From the NCBI GenBank assembly GCA_964234715.1, contig OZ174275.1: a stretch of 64,000 nucleotides of DNA. One strand, written 5' to 3'. Below are positions 11,911 to 34,900 of this stretch, in pieces; within the stretch, counting starts at the first letter, position 1; the number at the start of each line of letters is the position of its first letter. Source of the DNA: Podarcis melisellensis (taxonomy: Eukaryota). The position numbers and the translations under genes are program-made. Under the pieces are notes generated by a model, which had not been told where the DNA came from, made no database searches, and was given only the letters and a program-made list of their open reading frames with translations.

Positions 11911-14900
11911 TTATTGCATTCCATATTTTTCCTTCAGCTCTTCCACTTTTTTAATATATGCTTTCATTGCATCTTCTTTGGACATTCCTGAAAGAGAAAA
12001 AGGATTGTGTATGTGAGCAGAGATAAAACATGAAGTAGTGTTCAAGCCATGCTAGATCTATGGTATCAGCCTGCCTCCCTCGCCCTAGTCACCTAAGCAA
12101 GGACTCCTCTGTGCCCATTTGTTACATAACCGTATGGTAGGTTAACCTTTACTTCAGTGGCGTGTGAACACGAATAGTCAACTCAGTCTAAAAGATGGCC
12201 CAGCTGTATGTTGAAACCGGATTAAGTGGTGGAGATCATGAACCCTTAAAATGGACAAGGTGGGGAAAGGAAAGCAACAAACAACCTTGACTCCCATGTA
12301 CACCTTACAAGTTATGCGTTTTGGCCAAAGGAACCTCCTAGCTTCTCAGGTACAGAGCTGGGAATCTATAAAAGACGACTCTTGGCAATTCTGAAGGTGC
12401 TGAAACAGCCTGCTAGCAGGAGTTTCAACACAGATACCCTCCCCCCACTGCATCCATTGACACCAGCACATCTGTGCACACGTGGAAACATGAAATGGCT
12501 GCAGTACAGCCAGCTTTTGTGACACTGAAACTAAGGGCTTAAAGGAAGGCCATAAAACTGAAGGAATGAACTGCTAGAGTTAAGGCAAGTAATGTTGATC
12601 TATGGGTGAGATTAAGTTGAGTCAGCCATCCCAATGATTTGATAGCAATTGAGTTGTATTTGCTGTTGCACTTAAGGCTTACCTTTCAAGGAATTCCAGG
12701 CGTCCCACTTGGCCTTCCCTTTGAAATCAAGCATCCCAGGACGGTCTGAAACAGTGACATTTTAACATAGTAATCCAACAGCCTTGCTTTCCCCCCACAG
12801 TACAAGAGATCACTTTGGGTATACGAACAAAGGCAAACTGCATGAACTTGCAGGTGAAACTTCTTAAAAATAAAGATGATCACAATCCTGACCAGTCAGA
12901 ATCTTATTTATCTTAAGTTTCCCATTTAGATTTAAGAGGCAACAGCATGGTTGGGGTATATATTTTGGCATCCTTTTGTTACTTATTGTTTGTTTTTTTC
13001 AGCCTAGAAACAGAAGTTTAGCCCTGCTTGTTAAAAAGCTTTAAGCCTGCCAAATATTTACTTCCTGCCCGTTTTTGTTCATTGTATAGTAAGTTGTTTG
13101 TTAACTCTGAGTTTCCATTAGGATAGATCACATTTTGCTGTGTGCCGATTCTAACTGTTTTTCTAAAGTTGATATCCAATCTAGAGGTACTTCCTTGAAA
13201 GCCATGGAAGAGTTGCTAATGATAGCAAAGTTGCTGCCTCTCAACTTTTGAAGGACGGCTTTAATCCAAGGACTATTCAGTCAACATGACATGTTTGTTC
13301 CTGGATGAAGGGTATTTACTAATCATTGTTCAAAATGATTTCACATACATGGTTTAATGTGCAACCTAAAGGCCAACCTAAAGGCCACAATGGAGCCCCC
13401 TAAACCAAGATGAGCAAGTTTCCTTTGGATCATCTAACTCAACTCACTAGCACATCAACAGAAGTGCCTGCATATTTGTTCTTCCATAAGATAGGAAGCC
13501 TGTGTTGCCAAGTTAGGCAGCCTAGATTTTAAGACAAATATGCCCATACTGGCTACACCTATCAAAAACTGTGACTCATCAATTCACAACTAATTTTAAT
13601 GGTAGGCAACTTGCTCAATTTGCACCCCTCTGCACAGAATCACCCTACATTTTCATGCAAATTGCATGCCATATGTGTTGTAATATTCCATTTGGAAATA
13701 AAAAAGATACGAAAAGATAAGATTTCTCTCTATATATATCCAAGGACACTTAAGACAACCATTCACTGGGACAGAAAATGCACAGAACATCTCAGGAGCA
13801 AGCTCTGGTAGTTCCTTGGTGCTCACTTTGGGACCACTACTGCCATATTGGTTGTTCCACTTCCATCTACAAGGAGGATCCTTTTCAGCAATAAGGAAGA
13901 CAATATTCTGGCACTCTCTTCTCTGATCTACCCAACTAGCTACTCTATGGTACACAGAGATACAGGGGCAGATTCCATTGCAAAAATTTTCACCTGGAAC
14001 AGACGGCCTCTTCCTTTTGGCTCCAAGCGATTCTGTTTTTTTGGTAACCAATCACAATCTCAATCGTACCATGTTATTTTGCATTTATATAGTGAACCTC
14101 AAGCATCTGAATAAGTTCACATATATTTCCAGTAATCTTTATACAGCCACCCTGTATGAAAAGAGACAGCATCCTCCAAAGGATCGAATGAACTCTGAGC
14201 CAGCAACTTCTCATTTGGCTTCCAGTTAACCATTTGTAACAGTTAACCATTTGTGCCTTGGCCTAGTGTAGTGGCTACCGTACCAGAGGAGCCTTGGTTT
14301 CCTTGGCAATCTACTGAACACCAGCATTTGGTGTAGTAGGTTTGTCCGTATTTGACTGCTCTTTTAGAAGGACTTGCCTGAAGGCCCAGGATGGTCAAAT
14401 ATTGCCTTTTGACCTACTTTCCATGCCTGTGCTTTAGGAGTGGCTGGAGAGGGGTGGGGCATACATAAACAAATGTATTGTGCTCAAGTTCTACGATTAG
14501 CATTTCAGAATGAATTGCATGCAAACACAGCACTGTCATTTTTACACCAGGATTGGCAATGGGGCTATTCATGAAAACCAGCTGCTTGCAAGGTACTGGG
14601 TGACCTTTAGCTCTAGTTGGCACTGTCATCCCAGAGGGAAGCTAAGCTACTGCCTGACCCTTGCACTGCTGGCACTGGAAGCGGAGGCAATTAGCCAAGA
14701 GTTTCAGATCCCCCTCCTGCAGCATGTCCATCAGTAACCACACTGTTGCAAAATAAAACAGGGGTACTCATGTCAGTCTTCTGGTTGGTCCCATTATCAA
14801 GAACCAGTATGCTATCCTTTATTCATCTACCAAGCCTCTCTCCCCTCCCCATTCTCCAAAACACACACAAGCTACAGAAACAGAAGAATTATGTCTAGAC

Positions 14901-17730
14901 TTTCCATCCAGTTTTACGTACTGAAACTGGACTCCCTTTTCAGCTAACTTCCCTGCATTTGAAGTTATCCAATAGGCTGAACCACCAAGTAGGTTGGTAG
15001 ATCAGGGTACCAGCTGTGGCAACAAGAATGGCCTCCAAGAGAAACTAGTCATTCTCATGATCAGTACAAAAGTTGTGTTTGCATGACGCTCTCACACCAA
15101 TGTTTAAACAAAACCAAAGTTAAAGGAAGCAGATATACAAGGCCTTTAACTTCCCAAGCATTTTTAGGGCTCTTCCGAATAGTTGCTTGTAGCACACCCC
15201 AACCTGACTTCAGCTACTTATTGATATTCCTGCAAAGGATATCTAAATATTAAACCTCCCCCTGCCTCGAACACTGCTATCCAGTGCAATGTGCAGATTC
15301 TACAGGTGTGCTTTTAGTTGTAAGATACCAAATGGGTGCTTCTGTCCTCGACTAGTGAATCTGATAGTTTCACCTTCCTCTTGAAAGATGAAACCCAAGC
15401 GTAATACTAGGCTGTTATGTGAACCCTAGTCTAGCTGTGCAATAGTCTGCTATCTCAGCTCCAACTAAAAGTGGCCCAACCTATCCTTTTGGAATTCACT
15501 TTCTGAACACTAGTCCAAATTCTGTGTAGCCGCTATTAGGCGTAGGAAACAAGAGCTTTCCAATGTTAATATGCAGGCGAAGGCAAATACTTAATTTTAT
15601 TTATGCTGTCTAATTTTAAATTGCTGTTATGGCCTAATCTGTATTGAAATTGTCCTTTGTTTTTCCGGTGTTATGCTTCGCTGACTAGCTGTACGAGTTA
15701 ATCTGGTCTGTGACCGTTTAATAAAATTTGATTTGACTAGTCCAAAGGATACTTGGAGTGCCAACATGGCAACACATCCAAAGCAGCAGACACATTCATA
15801 TCCTGCTTAACTGTTGTACTGCAATACTGGGCAAGGGTTGTGGAGAGAGGTAAAGAGGATCTGGTTGTAGCTTCTAAAGGCAGTCACTCAAACTCATAGC
15901 AAGTTCCACTGGAACAGAGTTTACAGTTGCCATTCTCACATGCAGCAGTTTCACGAGTTCTATGCCAAGGACCCTCACAGAAAAGGCATTTTGTTTTGAG
16001 TTGTGTGCAAATCAGAGCAAGCTATCTTTCATAGCAAGTATCTTTCAGAGCTGCAAGTGCTCCTAGCCCAAAGCTCTTGAGAGTCAGTTAGACTAGGACA
16101 CCAAAAAGTTAAGCAATGCCCTGAACTACTGGATTGGGTAAATTGCTTCACTTAGAACATGGAATCTCTGCAAGGATCAGACAACTCGTCCTGACTAGGC
16201 CTCTGCAATGTAGAACATTTCTGCAGACACTATTGCAAGTTACATCCCACTTGTTTCTACTGTCTCATAAGAATCAGCTAAATCTGGCTACACTCATTGA
16301 AGTATGTGAGCTATTACATATTTCAAAGGAGCTGCTGTAGCAGAAGTTAGCCGTGATGGTCACCTCAATAGGGAGACGATGTGAAATGATGTACCTGAAA
16401 CTATGGTTATGTTTGCTGCAATATTACTTTTTAATCCACTTATTTATATGCTGTTGTATGAAATCTATGCACATCGCAGGACTCCATGCTATGTATGCAA
16501 GCAGTAGCAACTGATGCTTTTAACTATTTATGGTATGAAGCAGATTTTGAAAGAGGTTATAAGCAGCTAAGTAAATTGCTTGCTATTGCAAGTTGCTTTC
16601 AAGCAAAACGAGCAAGTCTGAAATGAAAGGCAAGTTGATCTCGTTGAAAGGCTGCCCCGGGCATTTAAGGAGCTCTGTATTGAGGAAGCACATTTACTAT
16701 CAAGTGTTACATGCAGTTAATATACCCAGATTTAACTTACGGTGCTCATTTGGACTCACAGCATATAGGATCTTTACCTATCTGGTGTGAGATACGTTAC
16801 ATTTCAGTATATAGTAGTTTATAATTCTCAATGAAATAACTCAACAGATTAGGATGAAAGAATTGCTCAATGAGCAATCCCTAAGCATGGATTTGAATGT
16901 GGTGTGAAGTTAACTCATACCTGTATTTACATCTCCAACTGTGCCCTGCTTGTAATGGCTGTAGATATCCAGCATTTCTTGATCTGTTGGTTGGGTCTTC
17001 AGCTTCTTGACTTCTTCTGCAGCTTTTTCAAACTCTGCCTATTTCAAATAAGGATTCAAATTAAGGGATTTACTGCTGTTCAATACACTTAATGTAGGCC
17101 AATAGTAATTCATCTAAATCAGAATAAATTTTAGCACCAAACTTTTTAGAGCTTCATGAACTGTGGTACAGTCCTTTACATGTTTACTTTGAAATAAGTC
17201 CCACCAGGTTAGTTGGACTTACTCCCAGACAAGCATGCATAAGATTCAAGGTGTGGAAATTTAGTTGGGCAAACAGTGTGGAGATTTGAAGCTTGATAAT
17301 TATCCTGAGGGTGGAAGGTTGCAAAATGAGTTGCTTTACTAACACTTGGCAGAAAAGCTGTTCCAGCACGACTTACAGGGGCTGCCTCCGATGTTGCCCA
17401 ATTTCTTTTCAAGTTCAAGTTCCTGCAAGCCACTTTCACCAAGACATTGCACACGCCACCAAGTGCTGCCAGATACCTTGAGCAAGCTGCTCATGCACTT
17501 GGCAGCGGAAGCCACAAGGGGCCATTATCTCCAGCTGCATTTGCATGCTTTTTCCCAGGCCCAACTTTGTAAATTCTCTTGTTGCATCCACAGTCAGCAT
17601 GCTAAGGAATCCTTTCACACAAGAGCCTCACATACCATAAAAACTGAGGTTTTATCGCCTATCCTTCAACCACTAGATCAGTTAGGCAAAAGTGCCTGTT
17701 CCAGATTATTATTTTTTTTTGGGGGGGGGG

Positions 17731-17783
<53 letters not shown>

Positions 17784-18478
17784 AAAGGCTGTCTGTACAG
17801 TATTAGCAATTCTAAACAACAAGAACTCAGCTTCAAGCTATTATGCATAAGGACTGCAGACCCACTGTGCAAAATCTTGAAAGTCTGGCTTCTGAAAAGT
17901 TTCAACCACCATGAATGAAGATACAAAGTAACAGCTTTGGAAGAATTTTTAAGAATTTACCTGGCTAGTACACGCTTCACATTTGTGGTTTTATAATGAT
18001 CACTGGCTATTTCAGAAGCAGCGACCTACTTTTAAGAGTTGGCCGCAACTTTGCAGAGGAATAAGCCCCTGGAGAACTTCGCACTGCCTACCAAGGCACA
18101 AGCGCGTGCTCTGCAATGGGAGAACAAGGGCGCTTCATTTCTCCTTCTCCTCCCCGACGAGGAAAGAAAGAGACACCCCGCCCCCTCATTCCGGGCCGCC
18201 TATATTGCGGGGTGGGGTTTGTGTGGGTGCTTGCAGGAGCAACATAAAACAAACTTATTAGGCAGCGGCCAGAGGGAGAAGTGCGGAAGACACAATTCCA
18301 GTTAGAAAGAAAGCAGGAACAAGACCTCAACAGAGGCGCGTACACCTTTCCGCCGACTATTGCAGAGAAAAGCGAAACCGACACTGAGAAAAGCCTAGCG
18401 AAAGAGAAGCAGACTTGCCGCGCCTGCAAAGGGAAGAGCACCCTTTCGTTAGGGACGGGGGGGTCTTACCTGTGTCAT
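11911..18478 (-). CDS. DBI: Acyl-CoA-binding protein / diazepam-binding inhibitor, 88 aa; coding exons 18478-18470, 17038-16921, 12745-12683, 11987-11911
   Basis: Spliced translation [88 protein letters not shown]. All introns GT-AG; exon sizes 9+118+63+77=267 nt, in frame; clear ACBP motifs. Confidence 0.97.
17733..17780. repeat. (GA)n microsatellite preceded by T and G runs, DBI intron 1
   Basis: Direct reading. Confidence 0.95.
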
Positions 18479-18790
18479 GGTTAAAGAAGCGCGCAGCGAC
18501 CTCCTCCCGATGCAACAAAAGGCTGAACTGCGCCCGTTGCAGCTTCTTGCCCCAAAGTCTCTATTTCACGAATCAGCCCAGCTCGCGCGGCCAATCAGAA
18601 GAGAGGGGGCGGGCACTCGCCGGCCTTTGTTCCCACCACGATTCGGCAAGCGGCTGGGACTGACGGGCGGAAGGCAACGCCTGACTCCGATGGTGGCCAC
18701 AGATGTATGTATAACCAAAATAGAAGACTAGCCTACCTCCCTGGTTCCTTACGTTGTTTGAAGACCCTCTTCGCGAGTGACGCAAAGGCC

Positions 18791-18943
18791 CATAGGCGTA
18801 GCCAATCCTGTATTTTTGTTGGGGAGGGGCAGGATTTTGTTAAGGGGGAAAGAACCGACGTGATTGGCCAATTAAGTAGGCATTCCTATTGTTTTACTTG
18901 ATCTGGGCAGGGGGCAGTTGCCCCTCCTTTGGCTACGCCCATG
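18791..18943. mobile_element. MITE inside the DBI/C2orf76 promoter
   Basis: TIRs CATAGGCGTAGCC / GGCTACGCCCATG; degraded direct flanks gcaaaggc / acaaaagc. Confidence 0.75.
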
Positions 18944-20229
18944 ACAAAAGCTGATAAAAATACATAAGGATTCATATTAAGGTTAAAGTAAGCAAGTATT
19001 TTGGGGGGATGGGGAAAAAGCAGCAACTACGATGACGTCTATCGAGGAAGCTGCGGGCTGCACATAAGGACTTTCGGAAGTCGTGCGCGTGCATGCATCC
19101 CGAGCTTAATTCTAACTTTAAAAAGCAGGCACCCACGATTATTAGTGGACCGTCCAGCGCCTGCTGGCTTGTTTTTTCGTTTGCAGAGGTAATGCTACGA
19201 TAGGTGGACTCTGCAAGCCGGGGTTTCTTTTTTATGTTCTTAAGCAAAACTGCATGCTCAGAATAGCTACGGTTCTTATCTGGGTTAAGAACTCTTGATT
19301 AGCAATTTCAAATCATGGAAATTGCCCTAATTGATAGATGCAGACTATGCTGAGAAAATGTCATGATTTCTATCAATGCGCGGCTTCCCCCATTCTTGAC
19401 CCGCACATGGAGTATTCGAACAGACTAGTCGACAACCGGAAGTATATCAACTTTAATGACGGCGGCCTCTGGATAATAAGCCCGAAAAGAGAAGCGCCTG
19501 CAGTCGAAAGGGAATGCCGAACGCGCAGCTTCAAGCCCTAGACCCCACCTCGCCAAAGGAGAAGATTGTTCCCGTCTCCGTAGACCGCAAATCATGCTAT
19601 TTTAATATGAAACTGAGCGGTTGATTTGGGCTGGAAGTGGGTGTCTCAAGGCAACTTCAGCGCATTAAATATTTGCTGCGACGAACGGAGCGTTTTGCAG
19701 TATTAACAGTGGGCTACACTGCAGGGTTGTCATAAGCCACTATTGGCCACAGCCTTCTCCCCAACCTGCAACAATGGGGAGAATGGACTGTACCGCAAAG
19801 CAATTTTAATACATTTTAAAATTCTGATTACACTTTTCACGCGAATGTAAACGTGAATAATAGTAATAATAATTATACCCCGCTCATCTGGCTGGGTTTC
19901 CCTAGCAACTCCGGGTAGCTCCCAACAGATTCCGCTGTACAGTGCAAATCCCAAATAAAGCAGAGAACATGAAACACGTATGTAAACCTCTGAGTTTCAA
20001 GAACGTGTATGTATATAAGATTGCAGGTTAAGCTTTCTACAAGTTCCATATCTCTATATTTCCCATATAGTGTTAACCGGCCATGGGTTTTGCTCTCTCT
20101 ATGGGCAAAGTTGCCGTCAATTATAAAGGGACCAGTGGGCGACGCAACTCCGCCAGTAGGGCGGGAGAAATGTGCTCGCGACAGCCAATCGTTAGCGAGT
20201 TCGTGGAAGGCGTTTGCAGAGGAGGCGAG

Positions 20230-20351
20230 GCTGTGTCTGGAGGCTGCCGGGGAAACGCGGCGTCTAAGTACAGTACTGTACCAGGAAGTGGAAGTCCTCT
20301 GCCTGAGATTGGGCCACGTGTTTGGAGGGAAGGCGTTTGCCTGGAGCGCCG
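20230..20351 (+). other. C2orf76: Probable non-coding first exon of C2orf76 (5' end approximate)
   Basis: Strong donor CCG|gtgagg at 20351/20352 inside the CpG-rich promoter; the next exon's acceptor (21803) precedes the ATG. Confidence 0.55.
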
Positions 20352-21470
20352 GTGAGGCAAAGTCCGGGGAGCATGAGGAGAGCGGGATTCGTCGTGCGAG
20401 TTGGTCGGGGATTCCCAGTAGCAGCAAGAATGACATTTCCTAGCCTGACATGAGAATGGTGTCAAGCGCAGAATTGCTCCACGTTCTGTTTGATACTTTG
20501 GTCGCTATAGTGGTTTTGCAGAGGATTGACGCAATTATTTATATATTGGCGCCCGCCATAAGGTGATTTCACCACTCTGAGCTAAGTGGTGGTGCTTCGT
20601 CCCTGCACCGCTACACCATTGAGCAAGAGACTAATAAAATAAAAATAGAGTTTGGAGTGATACTCAGGGAGATTTGGGTTGGATGGCTCCGACCCCAGTG
20701 CCCTGGTACATTGTGTGTAGCGAAAAATAGTATCTGGGAGAGTACAACGTTTGTATTTGTGCATTATGAGCAAATGTACAGTTCATGGTGCTAAAAACTA
20801 AGTGTCTTAATTAGACACAGCGCTGCTTGACTTTTACTAAACATTATTTATGCCACCGTGTGGTATTGGTGTAGCTTGCATGATGCTCTGAACGTGCCAG
20901 ACCAAAAGTGGGTGGGGCAAACACCCTTTTACTTAAATGGTTAAAACGACAAAATAGTATATTCTAGCAAATAAGGTACAGCAAGTAAATGAAACATCTG
21001 TTTACAAGTACAGACTGTATTACAACAAACTGGAAGTGGCACAAGAATGAACATTGTAAAAACTTTGCTAAATCACTGATTAAACAATCTGGCCTTTTGA
21101 ACAGCAGGGGTATTTTTTTGTTTGTTTGTTATTATGCTATGTATTTTTGTGTTTTATATTGTAAACCTCCCTGTGATCTCAGGATGGAGGGCAGTATAGA
21201 AATTTAATAAATATTATTCACCCAATAGTACCTGCAAGTCACCATTTTAGATTTGTTTCGCTAGGTTACTTATTGTCAACTGCTTAGAGGTTTTATTGCA
21301 GTCAAGCGGTATATAAATTTTGTTCACTTGAAAGTGAGTAGAATCCTCAATTGGTGCCGGAGGGGAATCCTTCCAGTGCAAATGCTAGATTCAAAAGAAT
21401 GATACAGTATTCCACAGGGCAGGGATGGGTTAAATTCCCCTTTGCTGTCTACTACAACCCTGCCAATTGT

Positions 21471-21627
21471 NNNNNNNNNNNNNNNNNNNNNNNNNNNNNN
21501 NNNNNNNNNNNNNNNNNNNNNNNNNNNNNNNNNNNNNNNNNNNNNNNNNNNNNNNNNNNNNNNNNNNNNNNNNNNNNNNNNNNNNNNNNNNNNNNNNNNN
21601 NNNNNNNNNNNNNNNNNNNNNNNNNNN
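21471..21627. other. Assembly gap (157 N) in C2orf76 intron 1
   Basis: Run of N. Confidence 1.
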
Positions 21628-21717
21628 GCATTTTGGGTACAATTCTTTTATGTACAACGCTGGATTACATCTTAAACAAATAAAAGAACTTGAAGTTTTT
21701 TGCTACTGAAACATTGA

Positions 21718-31120
<9,403 letters not shown>

Positions 31121-31904
31121 AGACTTTGCAACTTGGGAGAAGATTCCCCCGCTGCTTGTTTTGTGAGGCTTTGTAAATTCTTAAACCTTAAAAAGCTGTA
31201 TATTATAGGTATTATGAATTTTGTTTGCAGGAACAACAAACCCTTCTTTTCAGACAGTTGCTATCTTCAGTTCTTTTCAAACACAAGCCCCTACTCACAA
31301 ATCGTATGGGAAGTGTTTTACAGTGGAAACATACCAATCCACCATACATTTTTAAAATGTGAAATGTTGGCTGTGGACAAGATGTAAAATGTAATTAACT
31401 AACACCAGTATTTTATTAGGGCTGTGCCTTTGCCTTGGATGAGATGCAAGTCAGAGGCAAAAATCTCTTCCTTGGAGGCACTTGGACCTCCTTAGAATCC
31501 AAGGCAGCTTGAGTCCGAGGTGAAGCTGGCTGACTTCAAGACTTAGGAAATATATTGGGCTATTTTTATTATTATTATAGTCAAGGGGAAGACATCTCAG
31601 ACTTTGGGAAATATGGCAAGATGACCTCTGCTTTGGATCTGAGGCAAAATATGATGCTAATCTGAGCTACGAAGCCATAGCCAAGCCTATGAGGTGGGGT
31701 TTTTCTGTACACAACCCAAATATATACGTAAGCTAATTTTCCATTCTTTTCCATTTGTAAAAAAAATCCTTTCTGTGTCTTCTGGATAAAATGTAAATGG
31801 GTACTTGCTGCTGAATGGTTATATGTTATTGCTACAAATCTGAAAAATTTCACGGAGTGGGGGTGGGGGTGGGAAGTGTTGTGTACAAACTTGGAAACTT
31901 TTGA

Positions 31905-31910
31905 AATAAA
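31905..31910 (+). terminator. Candidate C2orf76 polyadenylation signal AATAAA
   Basis: Canonical AATAAA about 790 nt after the stop, following an AU-rich UTR-like stretch. Confidence 0.5.
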
Positions 31911-34900
31911 GGATTATTTATCGCAAGTGAGTCATTACTGCTGGGGCTGGGAATCCTGTGGGGTTTTTTCAGAATGGCTGCTGTTCAAAATCTTGTCACA
32001 CCATAGCCAGTTCCTCCCTCAGAGCTCACTCTCAAAGATCCTTTTCTGTGAGGAAAATAATAAAGGAACAGGTGTGACTGATCCATTAGCACTAACCCAT
32101 GCCAAATCTTTCATGTTCCATATTCAAATTCATTTCTTCAGCCTTGCAGACAAAATGCTTCTCTTCTTCTTATTTTTTTAAAGGGATGGCTAGAGTTCTA
32201 AGTGAAATACGTTCTTGTAAAACACAGGGGTGATGCTTGGTGGATTTGTGGGTAGCAAATGGAGAATTTTGTTTGTTCTTTTTGGAAATAGGGTGGAATT
32301 CCTTGTAGCACTGAGGAGATTGTTCCATCACCATAAGTATTTCGGCTTGCCTTACAGAACGAGCTCCTCTTTCCCCCCACCCACCATCACATGTTGTTCT
32401 GTGGGTTCTCCTGACACACTAGAGTAGATTTGGGGCAGAAGAAGAAGCTTCCTTGTAGTTGAACCTGCGCCCTATTAGCCTGTCATTTACCCTGGAGGGC
32501 ATAAAACCATTTGCAGAGTCAATAATTTTTAGCAGCCCCTTTTGTGATGGGAATTTTACACCTGCTCTCCTTCCTTGGTTTTCTGATTGGGTGTAGATAT
32601 GCAGTAAAATTCCTTGCACCATATTGGCTGGTTACTGGGGCTTCCAACAAGGTGGTGTGTTGCCATTTGGTCAGTGGCCATCCCAAGGCATGTTGGGATT
32701 ATTTTCTCTGTTAGAATAATAGAATATACTTTGGTCTTAAGGGATAGCCATTTGGAGACCAGAATGTGTATTTAAGAGGTGGATAGTAACATAAATGCCT
32801 TGCAGATTTAAAGTCTGCAGCTTCCGTTTTGTGGTGTTCTTTAAAGAAAAGAGGTACAGGTGTGGTTCAGATATTTTCAGAACCTGGCAGCGTTTCTTTC
32901 TTTTTTGATGCACTTTGTCCATTGTGCACTGGCTCTTTTTGAAGGTTATTACAGTTGTTCCACTCTGTGCCTAGTGTTCCCACATTGTCCAGTTGTATTG
33001 CGCAGTGTAAGAAATCTGGAAATATCTAAAAAAACTCTTGAGCGAAAAGTTAATGCTGCTGCTGTTTCAGGAATTCTCCAGTGCGAAAGCAGGGGCATTT
33101 CATTGTTTGAGTGAGCTTTAACAATAGGGTCTCTGTTTTATTCCTGGCAACGATGCTTCTGAATTACGACTTTCTGAAGTACTGATTATTGTGTGTTTTC
33201 ACTAGCTCTTTAAAATGACTCCCCGCCCCCAAAGGTATGGAGAAACACTAACATTGAAACATTTTAGTTTTAGATTTCTACCCCATCCTCTCCTCTACAA
33301 GCTGAGTGCCTCATTTCTGCTTACAGAAGGAGTCAGAAATACATAGTTCGAAATTGTGTAGTGATAAGCCTTGGTTGGCAGGCAGCAAAAAAAGTACTGG
33401 TGGAGCTCTGAGGTATAACGTTTTGAACTGCAATACAAGATGATGGCTGGAACATCAGAAACCCCAAGTAATTTTTGGCCTTTGGGAATGCATAAACTGT
33501 GCCTTCCAATTTTCTTTTCTGCAAAATGGTGGGTGTGAAAATGCCTAGGCTTCCTTAGAATTTAGTCCCAATTGAAATAAATGTGTTTTATAACTCATTC
33601 AGATTTTATGAGGGATTGCAGATGCACGAATAACTAACTTCTGAATATTTGATTAAGTTAATACCTGAATTGGAAACAGATGCATCTCCTTGTGTGTGCT
33701 GTGCAGTTCAGCTTGTGGCAGATACCTTACAGGGTTAGATCAATCACGATGCTTCAAGAATGTGGGGTGTTGGTGGTGATTTGGAAGCGCAAGCGATTGC
33801 AGATAAAATAATCTCTGCTACCAAAGTAACATGTGAATTGAACCTGTTTTCATGTCACTGCAAGCATTTAGATATACTGCCATGTAGAGAAGTGGATGAC
33901 TCTGCCATGGTCATAAGGGAAACATCTTTTATTGTAGGGAGAACACAAATGTGTAGCTGCTCTTGGCTTCAAGGTTAAAAAGCAAATTTATGGTTTCTAG
34001 AGTGCTGAATTGAATTGACTGTAGGAGAAATGGTCAGGAGGATAAAAAAATTAGTAGCCGGTGAGAAAACCATGCCTACAGGGGGGCCAAAACTCTTTGG
34101 ACGAAAAGTCACAAATGCAGAAAGAACGTATATCCTTCTGAACCTGGGTGAAACTGCCTTGCACTTCTGTGATGATGGATTTGAGGAGAACACAGAAGGG
34201 CTTGGAAAGAGTTTTGATTTTTATTACATAGAAGAGATAAAGCAGTGATTGGGAAGCAAAGTGAGAGATTTCTTTGGTGCCCAAGGAATGTAAGAGACAC
34301 GTTGGGGGAGTTGTGGATGAACTACGGGGTGCAGGAGGCAAGAGACAAAGTTTCTGTATACATCCTCTTCTCACCCAAAACCCTGCAGTTTTTAATCTCC
34401 CTGTCACCAGCTGCTTTGAACTGATGGATATGCACCCAGTGACAGGGTCACAGAGCAAAGAGAACATTGGGAGTCTTGTTAGGCGAGGGATTTTCAGCTC
34501 CTTGTGTTGTCTGAGCTGTGCTAGCATGCTATTTTTCTGCAAAGGTAAGGGGCAGAGACTCCTTACCCCCCCCACAATTTAGCTGCCTAGCACATCAGGA
34601 CGCTTGTCCTCTACTTGAGTTGGTGCGAGTGTCCCATTCAGTTTGGTTTACTCGTGTCGTAAGTGTCACCTTGCAGCTGTTCTCCGAGTGACAAGCACAT
34701 GGTTTGCCGACAGCCGTTTCTGGAATTTCAGCAAGCACGACTGTGGCAGACAGACACACTAGTTGCTTTTGAAGAAAGACCAATGCAATTTTACTCTGCA
34801 GGGAGAAGCGAGAAGCGGATTTGTCTGCGGCAAAAGCCACAAGGTGTCAGCACAGCCTGTGCTTTTGTTTTGCAGGTGCAAGGAAAAATAGTGATGCCTT

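Larger units (their letters stand above)
18000..20480. promoter_or_regulatory. CpG-rich divergent promoter region shared by DBI (-) and C2orf76 (+)
   Basis: CpG retention. DBI side: CCAAT at 18591 and GC box at about 18605. ETS ACCGGAAGT at 19435. C2orf76 side: GC box at about 20158, CCAAT at 20184, tandem GGAAGT at 20284-20295. Confidence 0.8.

Noticed and set aside
13372-14255. Short perfect tandem duplications (CAACCTAAAGGC x2; CAGTTAACCATTTGT x2)
   Set aside because: Ordinary slippage duplications in DBI intron 2 with no evidence of function.
17346-17918. 190-aa ORF with ERERER tract
   Set aside because: Antisense within DBI intron 1, runs through a (GA)n microsatellite, and has no recognisable domain.
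17951-17985. Possible alternative DBI first coding exon (CAG|gtaaat donor)
   Set aside because: The nearest ATG is immediately followed by TGA, so there is no coding support.
19873-20465. ORFs of 114-187 aa over the C2orf76 promoter
   Set aside because: GC-rich promoter sequence with non-ATG or weak starts and no homology recognised.
34015-34248. 77-aa ORF with protein-like composition
   Set aside because: No recognisable family and no convincing splice context; a TBLASTN/PhyloCSF check would be needed to revive it.
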